NCBI GenBank assembly: GCA_027474245.1
Contig: CM049887.1
Coordinates: 20,687,762 to 20,751,761, forward strand
Source of the DNA: Spheniscus humboldti
Lineage: Eukaryota
Length of the DNA stretch: 64,000 bases
Reading direction: 5' to 3'
Part shown: positions 25,983 to 38,947 of the stretch, one piece after another
Layout of the letters: the number at the start of each line of letters is the position of its first letter
How positions within the stretch are numbered: position 1 is the first letter of the stretch
Notes under the pieces: model-generated
Told to the model about the DNA's origin: nothing
The model's database searches: none
The model's input: the letters and a program-made list of their open reading frames with translations, nothing else
Program-made: the position numbers and the translations under genes

Positions 25983-26425
25983 GTAGTAATCTGGTTTGTA
26001 GGATGGTGGGGGTGAGTTGTTTTATCAAGAAGCTGTTTCTAATTCAGATAAAAGAATTCTAGTTCAGATAAAGAATAAAATTTCAGTCTTCCTCATAGCA
26101 GTATTTCATAATACCCGTCTTTAATTTTATGCAATATTTTGCCCTTTCATAGTGGCATCTTGCAGCTGGTTTGCATGGTTGAAAAACACACGCGTATGCA
26201 ACTTCTGCTCTTTAAAAAAAGAAAAAACTTAGAGTACTCTTTAATGATGTTAGTTTTCTGAAATAGCTCAATTATGACAGTTTTTTGATATTGCCATTAG
26301 TGGATGATCAGTTTAACAGCAAGAATAACTTTTAAAAGAATTGACTTGCTGCAAATTTCCAAGCTGATAGAAGCCCAAGGACACTTCATTTCTTCATTTT
26401 CAAAAATATTTGTATCTTCAGATTT

Positions 26426-26455
26426 GGGGGGGGGGGGGGGTGGGGGGGGTGGAGG
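26426..26455. repeat. G-rich homopolymer tract (G15TG8TGGAGG)
   Basis: GGGGGGGGGGGGGGGTGGGGGGGGTGGAGG; this is a G-quadruplex-capable sequence. Confidence 0.9.
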
Positions 26456-26839
26456 TGTATCAAAGCTTAGGATTCTAGAAGAGCCTGCGAGAGGGGGACC
26501 TTATACCTTAATAGACTGAATTGCAAAATCCAACGGTTTAGTTTTCAGTTGGATGTGTATGGAAATATCAGGAAGCTTGAATGGAGGAGTGCTTTAAACA
26601 TTTAATAAAAAGTTTCTCCAAACAAAGTGGCTTTTCGGTGTGAACTCTTAACTTTTGTGGTTCTTCCTACTATTAAGTGAGCTTTCCATGCTTTTCACTG
26701 TTGGAGGAAAATGATACTTCTGTATGAGATGTATCCACTTTGTATTGTGGTATAACTGGCAATTGTGTGTTAGAGTTGAAGTTTGAATCTGTACGCCTGA
26801 GTGCTTATTAAATTCTGAAAAGTAATGTTTTTAATATAG

Positions 26840-27011
26840 GAAGAGGAAGTTGTGTGCAGAATTAGTGAAGAGCATCAACAACTACAGTGCTGGTATTGCA
26901 AAAGCTAAGGAAGTCATTGAAGAGAAGAAAAAGTGCTTGATTGGTGCCATTAGGATTGCAAAGGAATTAAAAATTACACCTTCTGTAAGAACCTATTGTG
27001 ATCTTGCTCAG
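26840..27011 (+). CDS. RNF17: RNF17 exon (KRKLCAELVKSINNYSAGIAKAKEVIEEKKKCLIGAIRIAKELKITPSVRTYCDLAQ)
   Basis: Acceptor AATATAG| and donor CAG|GTAGTT. It shows strong similarity to human KKNLCEEFARTTDDYLSNLIKAKSYIEEKKNNLNAAMNIARALQLSPSLRTYCDLNQ. The open frame continues 13 codons past the donor (VVTFLHC..), so a slightly later donor is possible. Confidence 0.85.
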
Positions 27012-28453
27012 GTAGTTACATTCTTGCACTGTGAAATAATTTATTTTTAATGAATACATTCAAATTTGGATTGAAAGTTTCTGTGACCTGTCTTTCAGTT
27101 TGCTGACTTCAATATTGAGATATTTGCAGTAATGCATTCTTACCCCACCTCTGCACACACCCCCAGTTTATATTTGGTCTTGGTCACAAATTAGTGTCTG
27201 GTGACTGACATGAAACAAAAAAGATGGTCCTTGCTTTGAAGAGCTTGCCATCTGAAACAGCAAATGGAGGGGGAGGACAGGAAAACTGTGACACAGTACT
27301 GATCAGTGAAAGTACAGTGTTTTCAGCACTTTGGAAGCCTCTCAAGCCTTTCCCATTCTAGAGCTCTCCAAACTTCTCACTGAACTACTCCAGCATTAAT
27401 AGCCACACTCTCCTGATCCTCTTGGTCCCAGGCCTTTACTTCCATTCTTCCTCCCCATCATATCTGCTGCTCATAGAAACTCATGCTGCCTGCCATGCTG
27501 TATCAGACCAAAGGTCCATCCTGTGAAGTCTCCTGTCTCTGACAACAGAGAGGAAAAGATGCTTGGAAGAATCTAAGAACCTGGGCACTTAGTGAGTATA
27601 GGAGGTTGAAGGTTAAGGATTTTATAATCAGTAGGATACATCACGGTCATTACACTGAGTAAACATTACCTCATTGTGTCATAAGCTTGTGTAACACTTC
27701 CTTGAATGTCCTCATAATGCTTGTGGCAGTGTGTATGTGGGTGTACCTGTGTGCATTATATGTATGTATTCATATGCAGTGGCAGTGAGTTTTATTATTT
27801 AAAATAATAAATTAACACCTCATTTTAATATTTAAAATGAGGTGTTTATAAAATAGCTCCCTCTGTTCTTTGTAAATGTGCTACCCAGTTATTTCATTTG
27901 GAGCCTTTGTAGTCCTTGTGTTGAGAAAAATAATGAATAACTGGTCTTGTCGTTCTTTGAAGTAGTGTGATTTTTTTTAATTTTTTTTTTTTAAGACTGT
28001 CATGTTCTCTGCATCCAGTTGTCACTTTCCATATGAAGAAACTTAAGTCTTTCTCATCTGACCCAGAAAAGAAGTCTGATCCCTCCTTTTTTCTGTCATT
28101 TGCCTCCATCTTGCCCAATGTGACTTTTGGGAGCTGGCACCCACCGCTGTCCTCCCATAGGCCTACCTTCTTACTTAGAAGTCACCTGCTGAGTAGCTGT
28201 TCATACAAAAGGAAAATCTGACTCCTGCTTCTATTAACATGCTAACAATACAAAATCCCCAACCATTAGGTCTTAGCAATGTAAGAAGACATAATTGAGA
28301 ATTGGCTATTGGCAGTTAATGAGTAAACTCTTGGGGGTTTTTTCTGTAAAATTAAAGATGTCATACTCTGGCTTTGTCATGTTGTAGATAATAAGTGCCT
28401 GCGTAATCTGCTTTTTGTATAGTAGAAGCTAAGACTGTACTTCTTAATTTCAG

Positions 28454-28530
28454 GTTATTTATAATTTAAAGTTGCCGGTTGAGGCTGAGCTCTCAAGAGT
28501 GAGTGGTTTGAAGGAAAAAGTATCTCCAAG
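28454..28530 (+). CDS. RNF17: RNF17 linker exon (VIYNLKLPVEAELSRVSGLKEKVSPR)
   Basis: Acceptor TAATTTCAG| and donor CCAAG|GTAAAT. It aligns to human IIRTLQLTSDSELAQVSSPQLRNPPR. Phase 0 in, 2 nt out, which matches the neighbouring exons. Confidence 0.7.
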
Positions 28531-28860
28531 GTAAATGACTGGAGCAGGAGGTATATTGGGAGGTAAATGGATGGACTGGTTATCTTAATTACAAAAACTG
28601 TTCATATAACAGTTAAACAGCAGAAATCAAGCTGCTTCACTTGCATTTTACTAAAAAACTACTAGTTCAGATGTATATAAACTCATCACTAACAATGTGC
28701 AGTTAGCCTTCATCTAAGGCATCAGGGAGAAAGCACATAAAATTTGCTGCTATGTAAACAAATATATATGCATTTAAAAAATTCTTGACAGACTTTTGCC
28801 GCTTTTAAACTTCTCCTTCCCTTATAAGTAAAAATAAATAGGGGAAATAATGGCTTAATT

Positions 28861-28874
28861 TTTTTTTTTTTTTA
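28861..28874. repeat. poly-T (24 nt including flanks)
   Basis: A T-homopolymer run. Confidence 0.9.
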
Positions 28875-29284
28875 ATTAATCTGTTTCTCACCTTCAGGAA
28901 AGATTAAATGCATTTTGGGGCACTGATGTCTGTTTCCTCTGATGTGGAAAATCCCATTTATACCACGTTGCCCTCATTGGACGTGACAAATATGATTTCT
29001 ATACCAGAAATGAGCAAGAAAATGTGTCATGATTGTGATACAGCTGACCCTACGCAGCTTGGTCATAAGGCTGGTCAGAGTACTGTAATCCTAGTGTATA
29101 AAGGCCACATTCAGGAACAATGAAGGAGGGGCAGAACAAAGTTGGTGTTAGGCTGGAACATCTTGGGGATCCCATTATATTTCAGGACATGGAACCACTC
29201 TGGGGATAGAGTCGTGTGCCATCAGATTCTGACTGGCACAGAGGAATGAAGCTCAAAGTTGATTGCTTGCATACAAAGAGTGAA

Positions 29285-29865
29285 AAATTATCATAGAATC
29301 ATTTAAGTTGGAAAGACTTAACATCACAGAGTCCAACTGTTAACCTGACACTACTAAATCCACCACTAAACCATGTCCCTAAGTGCCATGTCTGCACATC
29401 TTTTAAATCATAGAATGGTTTGGGTTGGAAGGGACCTTTAAAGGTCGTCTAGTCCAACCCCACTGCAATGAGCAGGGACATCTTCAACTAGATCAGGTCG
29501 CTCAGAGCCCCGTCCAACCTGACCTTGAATGTTTCCAGGGACGAGGCATCCACCACCTCTCTGGGCAACCTGTGCCAGTGTTTCACCACCCTCAGCATAA
29601 AAAATGTCTTCCTTATATCTAGTCTGAATCTACCCTCTTTTAGTTTAAAACTGTTCCCCCTTGTCCTGTTGCAACATGCCCTGCTAAAAAGTCTGTCCCC
29701 GTCTTTCTTATAAGCCCCCTTTAAGTATTGAAAGGCTACAATAAGGTCTCCCTGAAGCCTTCTTATGTCCAGGCTGAACAACCCCAACTCTCTCAGCTGA
29801 ATGCCTCCAGGGATGGTGACTCAACCACTTCCCTGGGCAGCCTGTTCCAATGCTTGACAAAAATT
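29285..29865 (-). mobile_element. Cluster of 2-3 juxtaposed CR1 3'-terminal fragments, minus orientation
   Basis: The CR1 3'-end signature (ATCATAGAATCAT.., the reverse complement of the ATTCTRTG repeat) occurs twice, at 29288 and 29407. The minus-strand ORF 29488-29787 encodes the CR1 ORF2 C-terminus (GLFSLDIRRLQGDLIVAFQYLKGAYKKDGDRLFSRACCNRTRGNSFKLKEGRFRLDIRKTFF..VVKHWHRLPREVVDASSLETFKVRLDGALSDLI). A further CR1-like piece lies at 29795-29860. Confidence 0.75.
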
Positions 29866-31249
29866 ACGATTCTTCTTGTCATGTGTTAGTTGAGTCATTA
29901 GAATATGGATAAAGGAATCTTTAAAATAATCTTGGTGAACTTAGTGACTTGGTAGGTAGGGCCTATTTTGAAGATGTCAGTGGTGAATGAGAACTTCAGA
30001 GAAGCCTATTTAAACACACAATGGCAAACTCTACCAACCTAGAAGAAAGCTAAAACATGACAAAATCAAATTTGTTTGCATTGGAAGACCTTGTAAGAAC
30101 TTGAACAAAACAGGGGAAAAAGGAGATCTGATGAAGGATGAGTATAAAGGCTTCATGTGCTGGTGCCACTCCCAAAATAACACAAAAGGTGAAAAAATGG
30201 CAGCTAGGAGGTGCATAGGAGTTGAGGCACATTCTGTAGACATAAAATACTGTAGAATGAAGGATAGATACGTTCCTGAAGGGGCAGGGGGGAGAAGAAA
30301 AGATGGGCTGTTCAATACTGCTTACGCTTCAGCTTTCACAAATTGTTCATTATAACTGGACAGCAAAGCTAAGGATTTGATTGAATGAAGTTATATTTAC
30401 AGTTCTGTTAGCCTAACTGTAAAAGCACTTAAAAGATTTTCCTAGCTTTCATTGATAAAGGAAACAGCTGTTTATTAGTGTAACAATAAACAGAACAAAA
30501 CATACATTTTGGACTTCAGTTATTGTTTTGTTCTTCAGGACTGTTGGAGAATTCTTTTTCTCCATGCAGAATAATTTATTGAACTAAACTGGGTATAGGT
30601 ATGAAAATTCAGTTGAGTGGATGTTGGAGTACTCTGTGCCTGAGAGAAAGCAAAAGGCAAGAGAGTGTTTAAGTATGAATGTGAAGATAAATGGTCAACC
30701 AAATCTGTTGTTAATAGGAGTGGAAGAATGAAACTGGAGCAGGTAATTAATCTCTTATTTTGCCCCCCCATGATATTGTGCTGAAAAATATCGTACATCT
30801 TAAACTGTCAGAGTGATTTAGGTATCATGTCACCTTCTGTAATGTTTCTTCTCTCGAGATTCTTCCTAAACACTGATGAGATTACATCTTTGTTAAAAAA
30901 TTTGGGCAAGATTGAATGGGGAACAACAGGGCAGTAAGTATTTTTTTTAATAAAGGGGATAGGTACAGTAACTTACCTGTTCTTCTAATGGTTAAATATT
31001 GGAGAATACATTTTAAAATATTTTAAAAAATCTGTATATGCTTATGGGTTTGTAAGAGTATAATGAAACAAAGCAAAACTTCAGATGCTGGTATTTCAAT
31101 TAGCATTCCAGTTAATCCAGTTAGTGTTTCAGTTTTGGCATTTCAGTTTTACTGGTGTTTCACCCAACTATATTTCACTCTATCACTTAAGTTATCAAGA
31201 TCTTTTTATGCTGTGTGCTTTTCAGCTTTGGCTGACATTTAATGATACA

Positions 31250-31378
31250 ATCATAGAATCATAGAATCATTTAGGTGGGAGAAGACCTTTAAGATCATCG
31301 AGCCCAACCATTAACCTAACACTGCCAAGTCCACCACTAAACCATGTTCCTAAGCACCACGTCTGCACGTTCATAGTA
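31250..31378 (-). mobile_element. Short CR1 3'-end fragment, minus orientation
   Basis: AATCATAGAATCATAGAATCATTTAGGTGGGAGAAGACCTTTAAGATCATCGAGCCCAACC..CCACTAAACCATGTTCCTAAGCACC matches the CR1 terminus seen in the other copies. Confidence 0.6.
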
Positions 31379-32076
31379 CGTGTAATAGAGATGTTTATCA
31401 TTTCAGCATATGAAAATTGCTTCATGTAAGTGTAAATAAATCTCTAAAATCAAAAGCAAATACTGAAATTTATAGTATTTCCACTTCACAGTCTAAATAC
31501 TGATTGCATCAAATGCCAAAAGAAATTACTTAAGATGAACTTGAACCAGAAAAAAAACTTACTTCTATTTTAAAAACTACAATTGCTTTTAATTTATTAG
31601 TCCCCTTTATTTATTTTTCCCCGCAGTCTTTGACAAAAACTTGAGAAAATGGAATTGCTGTTAGAGCTGTTGTAGTTAGCACTGGTTATGTTAAAAAAGG
31701 CTTATTGCATACTGTAATATTTGAAAATCCTGCAGATTACAGTGAAGAGTAACTGTTACTACAAAAGCATCTGACATGCCTTTTATTTTTAACATGAACT
31801 ATCTATCACATTATTAAATTTTTTTTCAAATAGTTTGTATTTGTACCTGTGGTCTCTGTTTGATCATTTAAGCTTGTACTGAGCTGTGCCCAAGAATATG
31901 TGCCATTTCTGTGCCAATCCTTTTTAGGTTTCAGAAATCATGTTACTGTTTTTGTTGTCTTGGTATTCAAAAACATAACATAGTTTATTTCAACGAGCTC
32001 TTATGAGGTGTTTTCTTAACATAGTGATATGTTCTTAATAAAACCCCTGCTTTGACTCGTGCTTTTCTGAAAACAG

Positions 32077-32399
32077 ACTGGATTATATCAATTGGTCTCC
32101 AAATAAATGTTTTCCCAAATACAGTGAAGATAGTGGACAACACACTCTCATCCTTGATGACAAAGAAGAAATGCCAGGCTGTGATTCTCAATCATCTGTA
32201 GAGAATATGTTTCCAGCACTTAGCAGAGAAAGTAAAATAAAGGCTCTTGGAAATAAACTCAGTGTTCACAAAGAAGTGAAAAATACTCAAGTACAAGAAA
32301 CACTTCTTATGCTACGTCATCAGAGTACTCCTGCTCTATTCAAGTCTCCATCCAGCCCTGATGTCATAATAGAAGAAATACTTGAAGATGACCTGGAAA
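32077..32399 (+). CDS. RNF17: RNF17 linker exon (..LDYINWSPNKCFPKYSEDSGQ...KSPSSPDVIIEEILEDDLE)
   Basis: The 3' end is secure: the SPDVIIEEI motif and a GTAAGT donor at 32400. The 5' acceptor AAAACAG| at 32075-76 was chosen for phase; an in-frame TAA at 32039-41 limits any 5' extension. It aligns to human ..STKCYPQENEIRQ...GSSPDVIIEEIIEDNVE. Confidence 0.7.
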
Positions 32400-34564
32400 G
32401 TAAGTTTCTTAATACTTGATGCTTTCAGTGTTCCATTGTTGAGCATGATGTTATTTATGTGTTTTGTGTTACGTTTTGTGTTTGTAGTTATACTCGGCTC
32501 ATATGAATTCTTTAATGATGTCTGTCTTTCCCTTTATCTTCCTTTGAGCTAGCATTGTTTCTTTTTTCTTCTCCTTCAGCTTAGCTTAGTGAAAAGTTTC
32601 TCACAAGTTCTCTCAAAGAGGGCTCATAAGTTCCTGTGTCTGCCTGGATGATTCTCTTTGACTCTTAGTGATTACAGTCCCCCTCAGAGTTTCTGACTTT
32701 GAGTCCTGGAGGATGCTTTTCTGGCAGTTCCCTTGGCTTCCTGAATCTTCTCCCAGGGCATTGTCCTACGTTAATTGGCAATAACAATTAAGTTCTTCAG
32801 CTTGTCAGGTTTTCCCTGGACTGTATTAGTAAGGGTGTAGCTAACGGGTCCAGGAAGTGATCCTTCCCCTCTGTTCGGCTCTTAGAGAGCCGAATCTGGA
32901 GACTGAATCTGGAGTACTGTGTCCAGTTTTGGACGCTGCAGTACTGAAAGTCACTGTCGTACTGGAGCGAGTCCAGCAGAGCCTACCAAGCTGGTGTCCA
33001 GGAGGTGCTCAGGGATAGGGCTGAAGGCGTTAGGAACAAGTTGGAATATGGAAATTCCAATTAGATAATAGGGGGGGAATAGATAGATGTGTCCCACGGT
33101 ATAATTAAGATGCTTAACTTCAGAGTGTGCTATGTCCACAACATACCTAGAAAATCCCTATGATTAGTAATGCTTGGGGAGGATGAGGGACAGGGTAGGG
33201 GTAGTATGTGAGAGTAATTGTGGTAGCATATAGCTGTGATCAAGGTGAAGTAACTTTCAGAGCTTGGGCGTGACTCTCTATAATAGCGTATTCAGAATCC
33301 CATTGGACTTCACAAAACTCTTGTCAGAACAAAATTCCTTCAAACTGCAGTGTTAAATGAGTTTTGCATATCTTGAATCTAAAAATTTTAATGATAGTTT
33401 TGTAATCTTGGAATTAGCGTGTGGGCTGGCCATGTGCACATAGTCACTGTGTGTGCATCTGTTTCAGTCACATCAGATATGAGAATTTTTGCCTTTGCAG
33501 TACCCTTACAATACATGTAATTTCTCTTCACTGTGTTTGCTGCTTTACTACATATGTTTAAATAACTAACTGAATTCATTAAACTTTTCTCCTAAACCAA
33601 TAAACAAACAAGAGTTTCCCACAGAATATCATGCTGATGAACAGAGGAAGAAACTCTTCAAGAAGGAAACACCTTTTCAACACAAAGCTGGTTAGTGGTT
33701 TTCCTATCTGGTAAATGGTTCGGTTTGCTAGAAGTGACCCATCCTCTAAGCAGTGAGAGCAGACACTAGAATTTGTTGGAGAGTTGGACACATACGTTAG
33801 CATTCTAGTTGGGATCAGGAATGTACTAAGAAGCAGATCTCCTGACCATCCCTAGTTAGCATGTATTTGCTCACATGTAAGAGCAAACTTGGGGCACATG
33901 AATTGATTTCCTTCCAGTTAAAACTAGTCTGGGAGGTGCTTACAGTGCAGATGTCATTCTTAGCACCAGCAGTTCTGCTCTGCAAAAACACTCCCTGGTC
34001 TGCTCTTCTTGCTATGTAAAGACTATACAATCTTTTAAGATTTACCATAAAACCACTTAGTTGGAAGATGCAATACAGGAAGTCCCAAGCAACTTTCAGA
34101 AACAACATTGGCAGTGTTTCTCAACACCTGGCAGATATTTGACATAATGATAGCAGTGCTTGCTGTGAACGGTGGGACCCATTTCTTAGGTCAGTAGTTT
34201 ATATACTGAATTTTGAACTGTTGTCTTGTTCTCCCTCCATCTATGTTTGGTTTTCTGAATTATGAATGAAAAGAAAAATGTACAAAACAGTTTTCTAAAA
34301 ACTTCTGACCCATCCACCACCTTTGGTGAGTAGCTTCAGAAAGAGAAACCTGCATTTTGGATCCCAAATCAAGGGAGGTACCTGCAGTACAAAGGATTTG
34401 GATGCTTAGTCAGAAGTAGTGTCTTACATAGGGTCTTGTCAGATTAAAAGCTATTTGAGGTAATGTTATCATGATTAATGTAACATAAACCTAATCACAT
34501 GTCTAATAATATCTGTTGGAGTCACTTCGAGAGTGTTTGATAATCTGTTTTATGTCTTACTCAG

Positions 34565-34726
34565 GTTCGACAGAACTAGTGTTTGTAAGCCATGTTATAA
34601 ATCCATGCCACTTCTATATTCGGAGATACTCACAGAAGAAAGAAGCAGGGATTTTGGAGAAGAAATTGAAAAACTTCTGTTGTAATAAGAGTTCGTATCT
34701 CTTGCCTTCAGATGTTTTGGAACTAG
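34565..34726 (+). CDS. RNF17: RNF17 exon, start of Tudor 1 ([53 protein letters not shown])
   Basis: Acceptor TTACTCAG| and donor CTAG|GTAAAT. It is near-identical in pattern to human [51 protein letters not shown]. Confidence 0.9.
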
Positions 34727-35595
34727 GTAAATTATTAATTTCTAAAGGTCTACATTAGCTTAAAATACTATGTTAACAGTATGTCTTCCTTAGTATAGTT
34801 TGTTTTTTTGATGTCCCCTACCCCCATAGTAAAGCAGTCCTTATATGTTCTGGAATCTACAATTAATGCTTTTTGGGAAACATTGTATGCATTGTTCGGT
34901 AAAGTACACTTCTATTAAATCATACAAATTAAAATGGTAGAAGTAAAAAAGTGCTTAGAGTAACCAGCAGTTGAAACACCTGGCTGTAAAGTTAATGTTT
35001 TCCAGCATTAGGTGTTAATTGTTAACTGGTAGTTTTTAAAGTATACTGATTTTAATGACTAGCCTAGTTCTTTCATTACTTCGGTAAATCAGCTTTCTCT
35101 CCTGCAAGCAACATTCCCTTTGAGTGGATAGATGATTTTTTTTAAAGTTCACTGACTGGAAGTAAAAATGAAAGACAATAATACATTGCTAAATCATTAA
35201 AATTATTTTCTAGCCCGCATGTTGACAAAGTTACTCACTTCTAGAAGGTGTTTAGAAAACTGATGAAAAGTATGTAATAGCCCTCAACTTCAATTTTTTT
35301 TACCACTTTACTAAGAGAGATAGAAAGTTTGCCAGAAATTACTACTTAATACAAGCCAAACACCTCCTAACCTTATAGACATTGTGTAAATGAATGTGGG
35401 GAGAAAACTTCTGGTGGCTGTTGAGACAAGGTTTTTAAAGTCTTCGTGTCTTTATTTTAGCAGTAGCGCTCTTATTACCTGTGTGGAAGATAGGCAACAA
35501 TGGAACATTATGCAGAACTGTAATAATACTTCCAGTGTGAAATATCTACAAATACTGAATTTAGTCTTTCTTTTTTTTTATTTGCTTCTGTATAG

Positions 35596-35785
35596 GTGCT
35601 AGAACTTTTATTAAGAGTAAGGAGACTGGAATGTGGTGCCGTGGAACTATCACTGAACTAATTCCCCTAAAAAGTAAAAATGAGAGGAAGCATTGTGGTC
35701 CAATAAGATACAAAGTTTGTGATATTGCACTGCTGGAAGTATTCCTGATTGATTTTGGGAGCTCTATAGTTCTAATTTTCTCAGG
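35596..35785 (+). CDS. RNF17: RNF17 exon, Tudor 1 core ([64 protein letters not shown])
   Basis: Acceptor CTGTATAG| and donor TCAGG|GTATGT. It matches human [24 protein letters not shown]...IFMVDFGNSEVLIVTG. Confidence 0.9.
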
Positions 35786-36051
35786 GTATGTTTACAGAGA
35801 GAGGTTTTTGTCTGCAATTATTGTCCTTGACTGTTGTTACTCAAGAGGATCTCTACTAAGAAACAAGTCCTCCATCAGCTTCACACAAGCAGATAACCAG
35901 ATATCCAAATGACACTAATGTTCTGTACGTAGGTATTTCCCACAGGAAAAGTGGCTGTGTATGTAAGTACACAAGCGTACAAGCCTTCACATGTTAAAAT
36001 GTTTAACTTAGACTTGCATTGCAAAAGAGAACATGTGAGTCCTCAATGTTT

Positions 36052-36069
36052 AAAAAAAAAAAAAAAAAA
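36052..36069. repeat. poly-A (18 nt)
   Basis: An A-homopolymer run. Confidence 0.9.
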
Positions 36070-36244
36070 GAAATATATTTCATTGAGACTTTCTAGTTTT
36101 GTTTCAGTGACATGACATTATACCAATTCTTGCAATAATGACCTTTATTTTAAGTCTGGTTTGGGTTTGGGGGTTTTTTGTTGTTGTGGGGGTTTTTTTG
36201 CTTTTCTTTTAAGCTAGTACTGCTTTTATTCCCATTGACAATAG

Positions 36245-36410
36245 ATACGTTCCCGCTGAAAGGCCTGAACCTGCTACTCTGCAAACTATTGAAACAGATG
36301 ACATTTGTTTGTTTGTAAGGAAGCCTGATCAGCATATTGAGGCAGAACTTGCAGCTGTTCCTCCTTTAGCAGTACAGTGTTCATTGAAGGATGTTGTTCC
36401 CAAAAATGCA
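36245..36410 (+). CDS. RNF17: RNF17 exon (YVPAERPEPATLQTIETDDICLFVRKPDQHIEAELAAVPPLAVQCSLKDVVPKNA)
   Basis: Acceptor GACAATAG| and donor GCA|GTAAGT. It aligns to human ..[42 protein letters not shown]. Confidence 0.85.
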
Positions 36411-37737
36411 GTAAGTAGAAGCTGTTTGTACTATTTCAGGAGATTTTTTTCTTCCTAAGATTTATATTAAAGAACATAAATACATAGTTTACAATGACCT
36501 TATTCCAGTATAAACAGAAGGAAACTCGAGAAGTTAAATCATCTCTTGTAAAAAGATGGGTTGCATTGCTTTCATTGGAAAGGAAACAAGCTTATAGCAG
36601 TCTGTCTTAAAAAGCCTCTGTGTTTACAAATACATATTTCAGGCTTAAATCTCACTACTCTTACTCTAGACATGTTCTTTTGTCAAATTTAAAAACAAAT
36701 TACAGAGCTGATATTCTTATTTCATGGCTGTCTGATAACTTTATGCAAGTAGTAACTTTCAACAGTCATCCAAACAGAGAAGAAATGGCTTCAGAATTTT
36801 TAATAGAATCTTTTCAGGGATTGTCCTTTGTTACTTAAATTTTTTTGCTGTGTATTGAAAAGTGTTATTTGTTCTCTTTCAGTATAACAACAAATAAAGT
36901 ACTGTCACCCTTTATTCCCTTAGAAAAAGGACATATATTGCAGCGTTTTCTTCTTCAATATTCACTTATTTATTAGCCTTCCTTTATTTTTGCCACATTC
37001 ACATGGGAATGAACTATGTCCAATGCAGATGTGCATTTCTGACAGTATAACTGCTGGTTGGTTTTGGGTTTTTTTACTAGTCTGACATTGTCTGAAATAG
37101 CTTTAAATTGGAAAGATCTGGAACAGTTTTCATAGGTGTGGGTAAAATGCCTTCCTTCTATGTGCTTTCATTTTTTCACATCTAAAAAGCACATATTTGC
37201 AGTATCAAATGAGAAATGCATTAACTTGATCCAAGAGAAATAAATTCAGACAGGCTTTCTCAAGGTAGATAAAACATCAAGAAGGATGTTGTGGAGAGGA
37301 GGAATGTGTAAATTGACTAAACTATGTTACACATTTGTATAAAGACACAAAAAGATGAGAATAAACTTTCAAATGAATTGGGAGAGCAGAAATGTAAGTA
37401 ATGAGATGAAACAGCATATGACAATTGGTTTATCTATCAGAACAACCAGAGGGGATGAAATCTTGAATCTTTACCAGAAACGTGATGGAAACTGCAGCCC
37501 TTTGATCTGACTCAGTTTTATACAGTTAAAAACACTTACAACTCCATCATAGAAGAATACGGTTTAGTGCTGTCCTGGCTATGGACTAGACAGTCTAACA
37601 GTGTGTTCACTATTTCATCCATTCAGATGCGTCTGTGCTCCTGCCCTTGCTTCTATTTTATTTTTAATTACTATTTGTATTTTTTGTTTTAACATGCTCT
37701 GACATCTTCAGTAACTTTTTCTTTCTTTCTAACACAG

Positions 37738-37928
37738 AGTGAAGGTTGGGGAGAGGAAGCAAAGACAAAATTTTTAGGAATGGTAAATAATAAAGTTGTT
37801 TTAATGACCATATTTAGAGAAGAGGATGGTGTTCTCATTGTGGATTTGAAAAAGCCGCCATTTAATAAAATAAGCAGTAATATGCCAGTGTCTCTCAAGG
37901 ATGCATTAGTTTTTTTAGACTTGGCAAG
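37738..37928 (+). CDS. RNF17: RNF17 exon ([63 protein letters not shown])
   Basis: Acceptor TAACACAG| and donor GCAAG|GTATGT. It is highly similar to human [63 protein letters not shown]. Confidence 0.9.
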
Positions 37929-38947
37929 GTATGTGTTTTCCTTTATTTTACACTTTTATGCCATAAATGATAACAGCATAATGCTTATAAAGTGAAGTTT
38001 ACCAAGCAAGTTGTTTTTGCAGTGTTTGGTATATTAATGTGTGATGTATTAATCGTCAGCAATATCTGTTGACTTCCTTTTTTCGCTTTCACTAATAAGC
38101 ACTGTGGCATACTCATGTGCACTAGTCAGGGCTTTATTTCCATAATGAACTTTGTTTTAGAAAATGACAAAATTTAAATTTCTGTACAAGTTTGAATAAC
38201 AAGGGGGTGAAAGGAGACGCCCTTAGTGTCCACCACAGACAGAAAAACATACAGAAATCAGCCTTGTATCTGTTTGATTTGATGGTAGGCAGTGACAGGC
38301 TAATCAGCACATCTGAACCAGTCACATGATGTGATGCATATAGCACAAAGAATAGGAGCTGCTTTGGAGGGACCAGTGGAAGAGGCAGGAGATAGAGAAC
38401 AACATCAGCATTTTGGTGTTTGGGTACAGGGGTACGGCATGCAAATCCGTAGGAAATTGTAGTTCATTTTGCTGCACACAGAGAAAAGTCTTCATTTATA
38501 TTTGAACATAACTAGTTATGGTGGTGAGAACAGTGGGAAATAATTTTTTACTGCATCTGTGTTCCTCAGGTAATTGCTTTTTCTCGTGAGGAAAAGGAAA
38601 TCTAAAAGAAAATGTTTTTGTCAATGTAGTGGATTCTAGCCTTTTACTTTATTTTTTTAACAGTTTAAATGTACGCTACTGCATCCCAAATAACAAAATC
38701 TTTTTAGGAGCCAGCTGCCATGTATCATTCTTCATGTGTTACATTTGTGACGGGAGAAGCGTAAGAGAAAATTGGCTGCACCAACTGCAAGAAGGAAAGT
38801 TCAAGCTATTCATACAAACATGAATCAAGCTATTTTTATAAGACCGTTCTGCGTTTTTTATGGGAAACTTGACATTTGAATATAAAAGGGTTCCTTCTCA
38901 GTTAATTTTGACAGAATTTATTCAAAATTTCATTTTGTTTACCTTAG

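Noticed and set aside
28908-29123. ORF (MHFGALMSVSSDVENPIYTTLPSLDVTNM..) with superficial similarity to the RNF17 linker (LQLTSDSELAQVSSPQLRNPPRLSVNCSEI)
   Set aside because: An in-frame TAA sits immediately upstream at 28905-07, and no AG acceptor can join this frame in any phase. The true homologous exon is 28454-28530.
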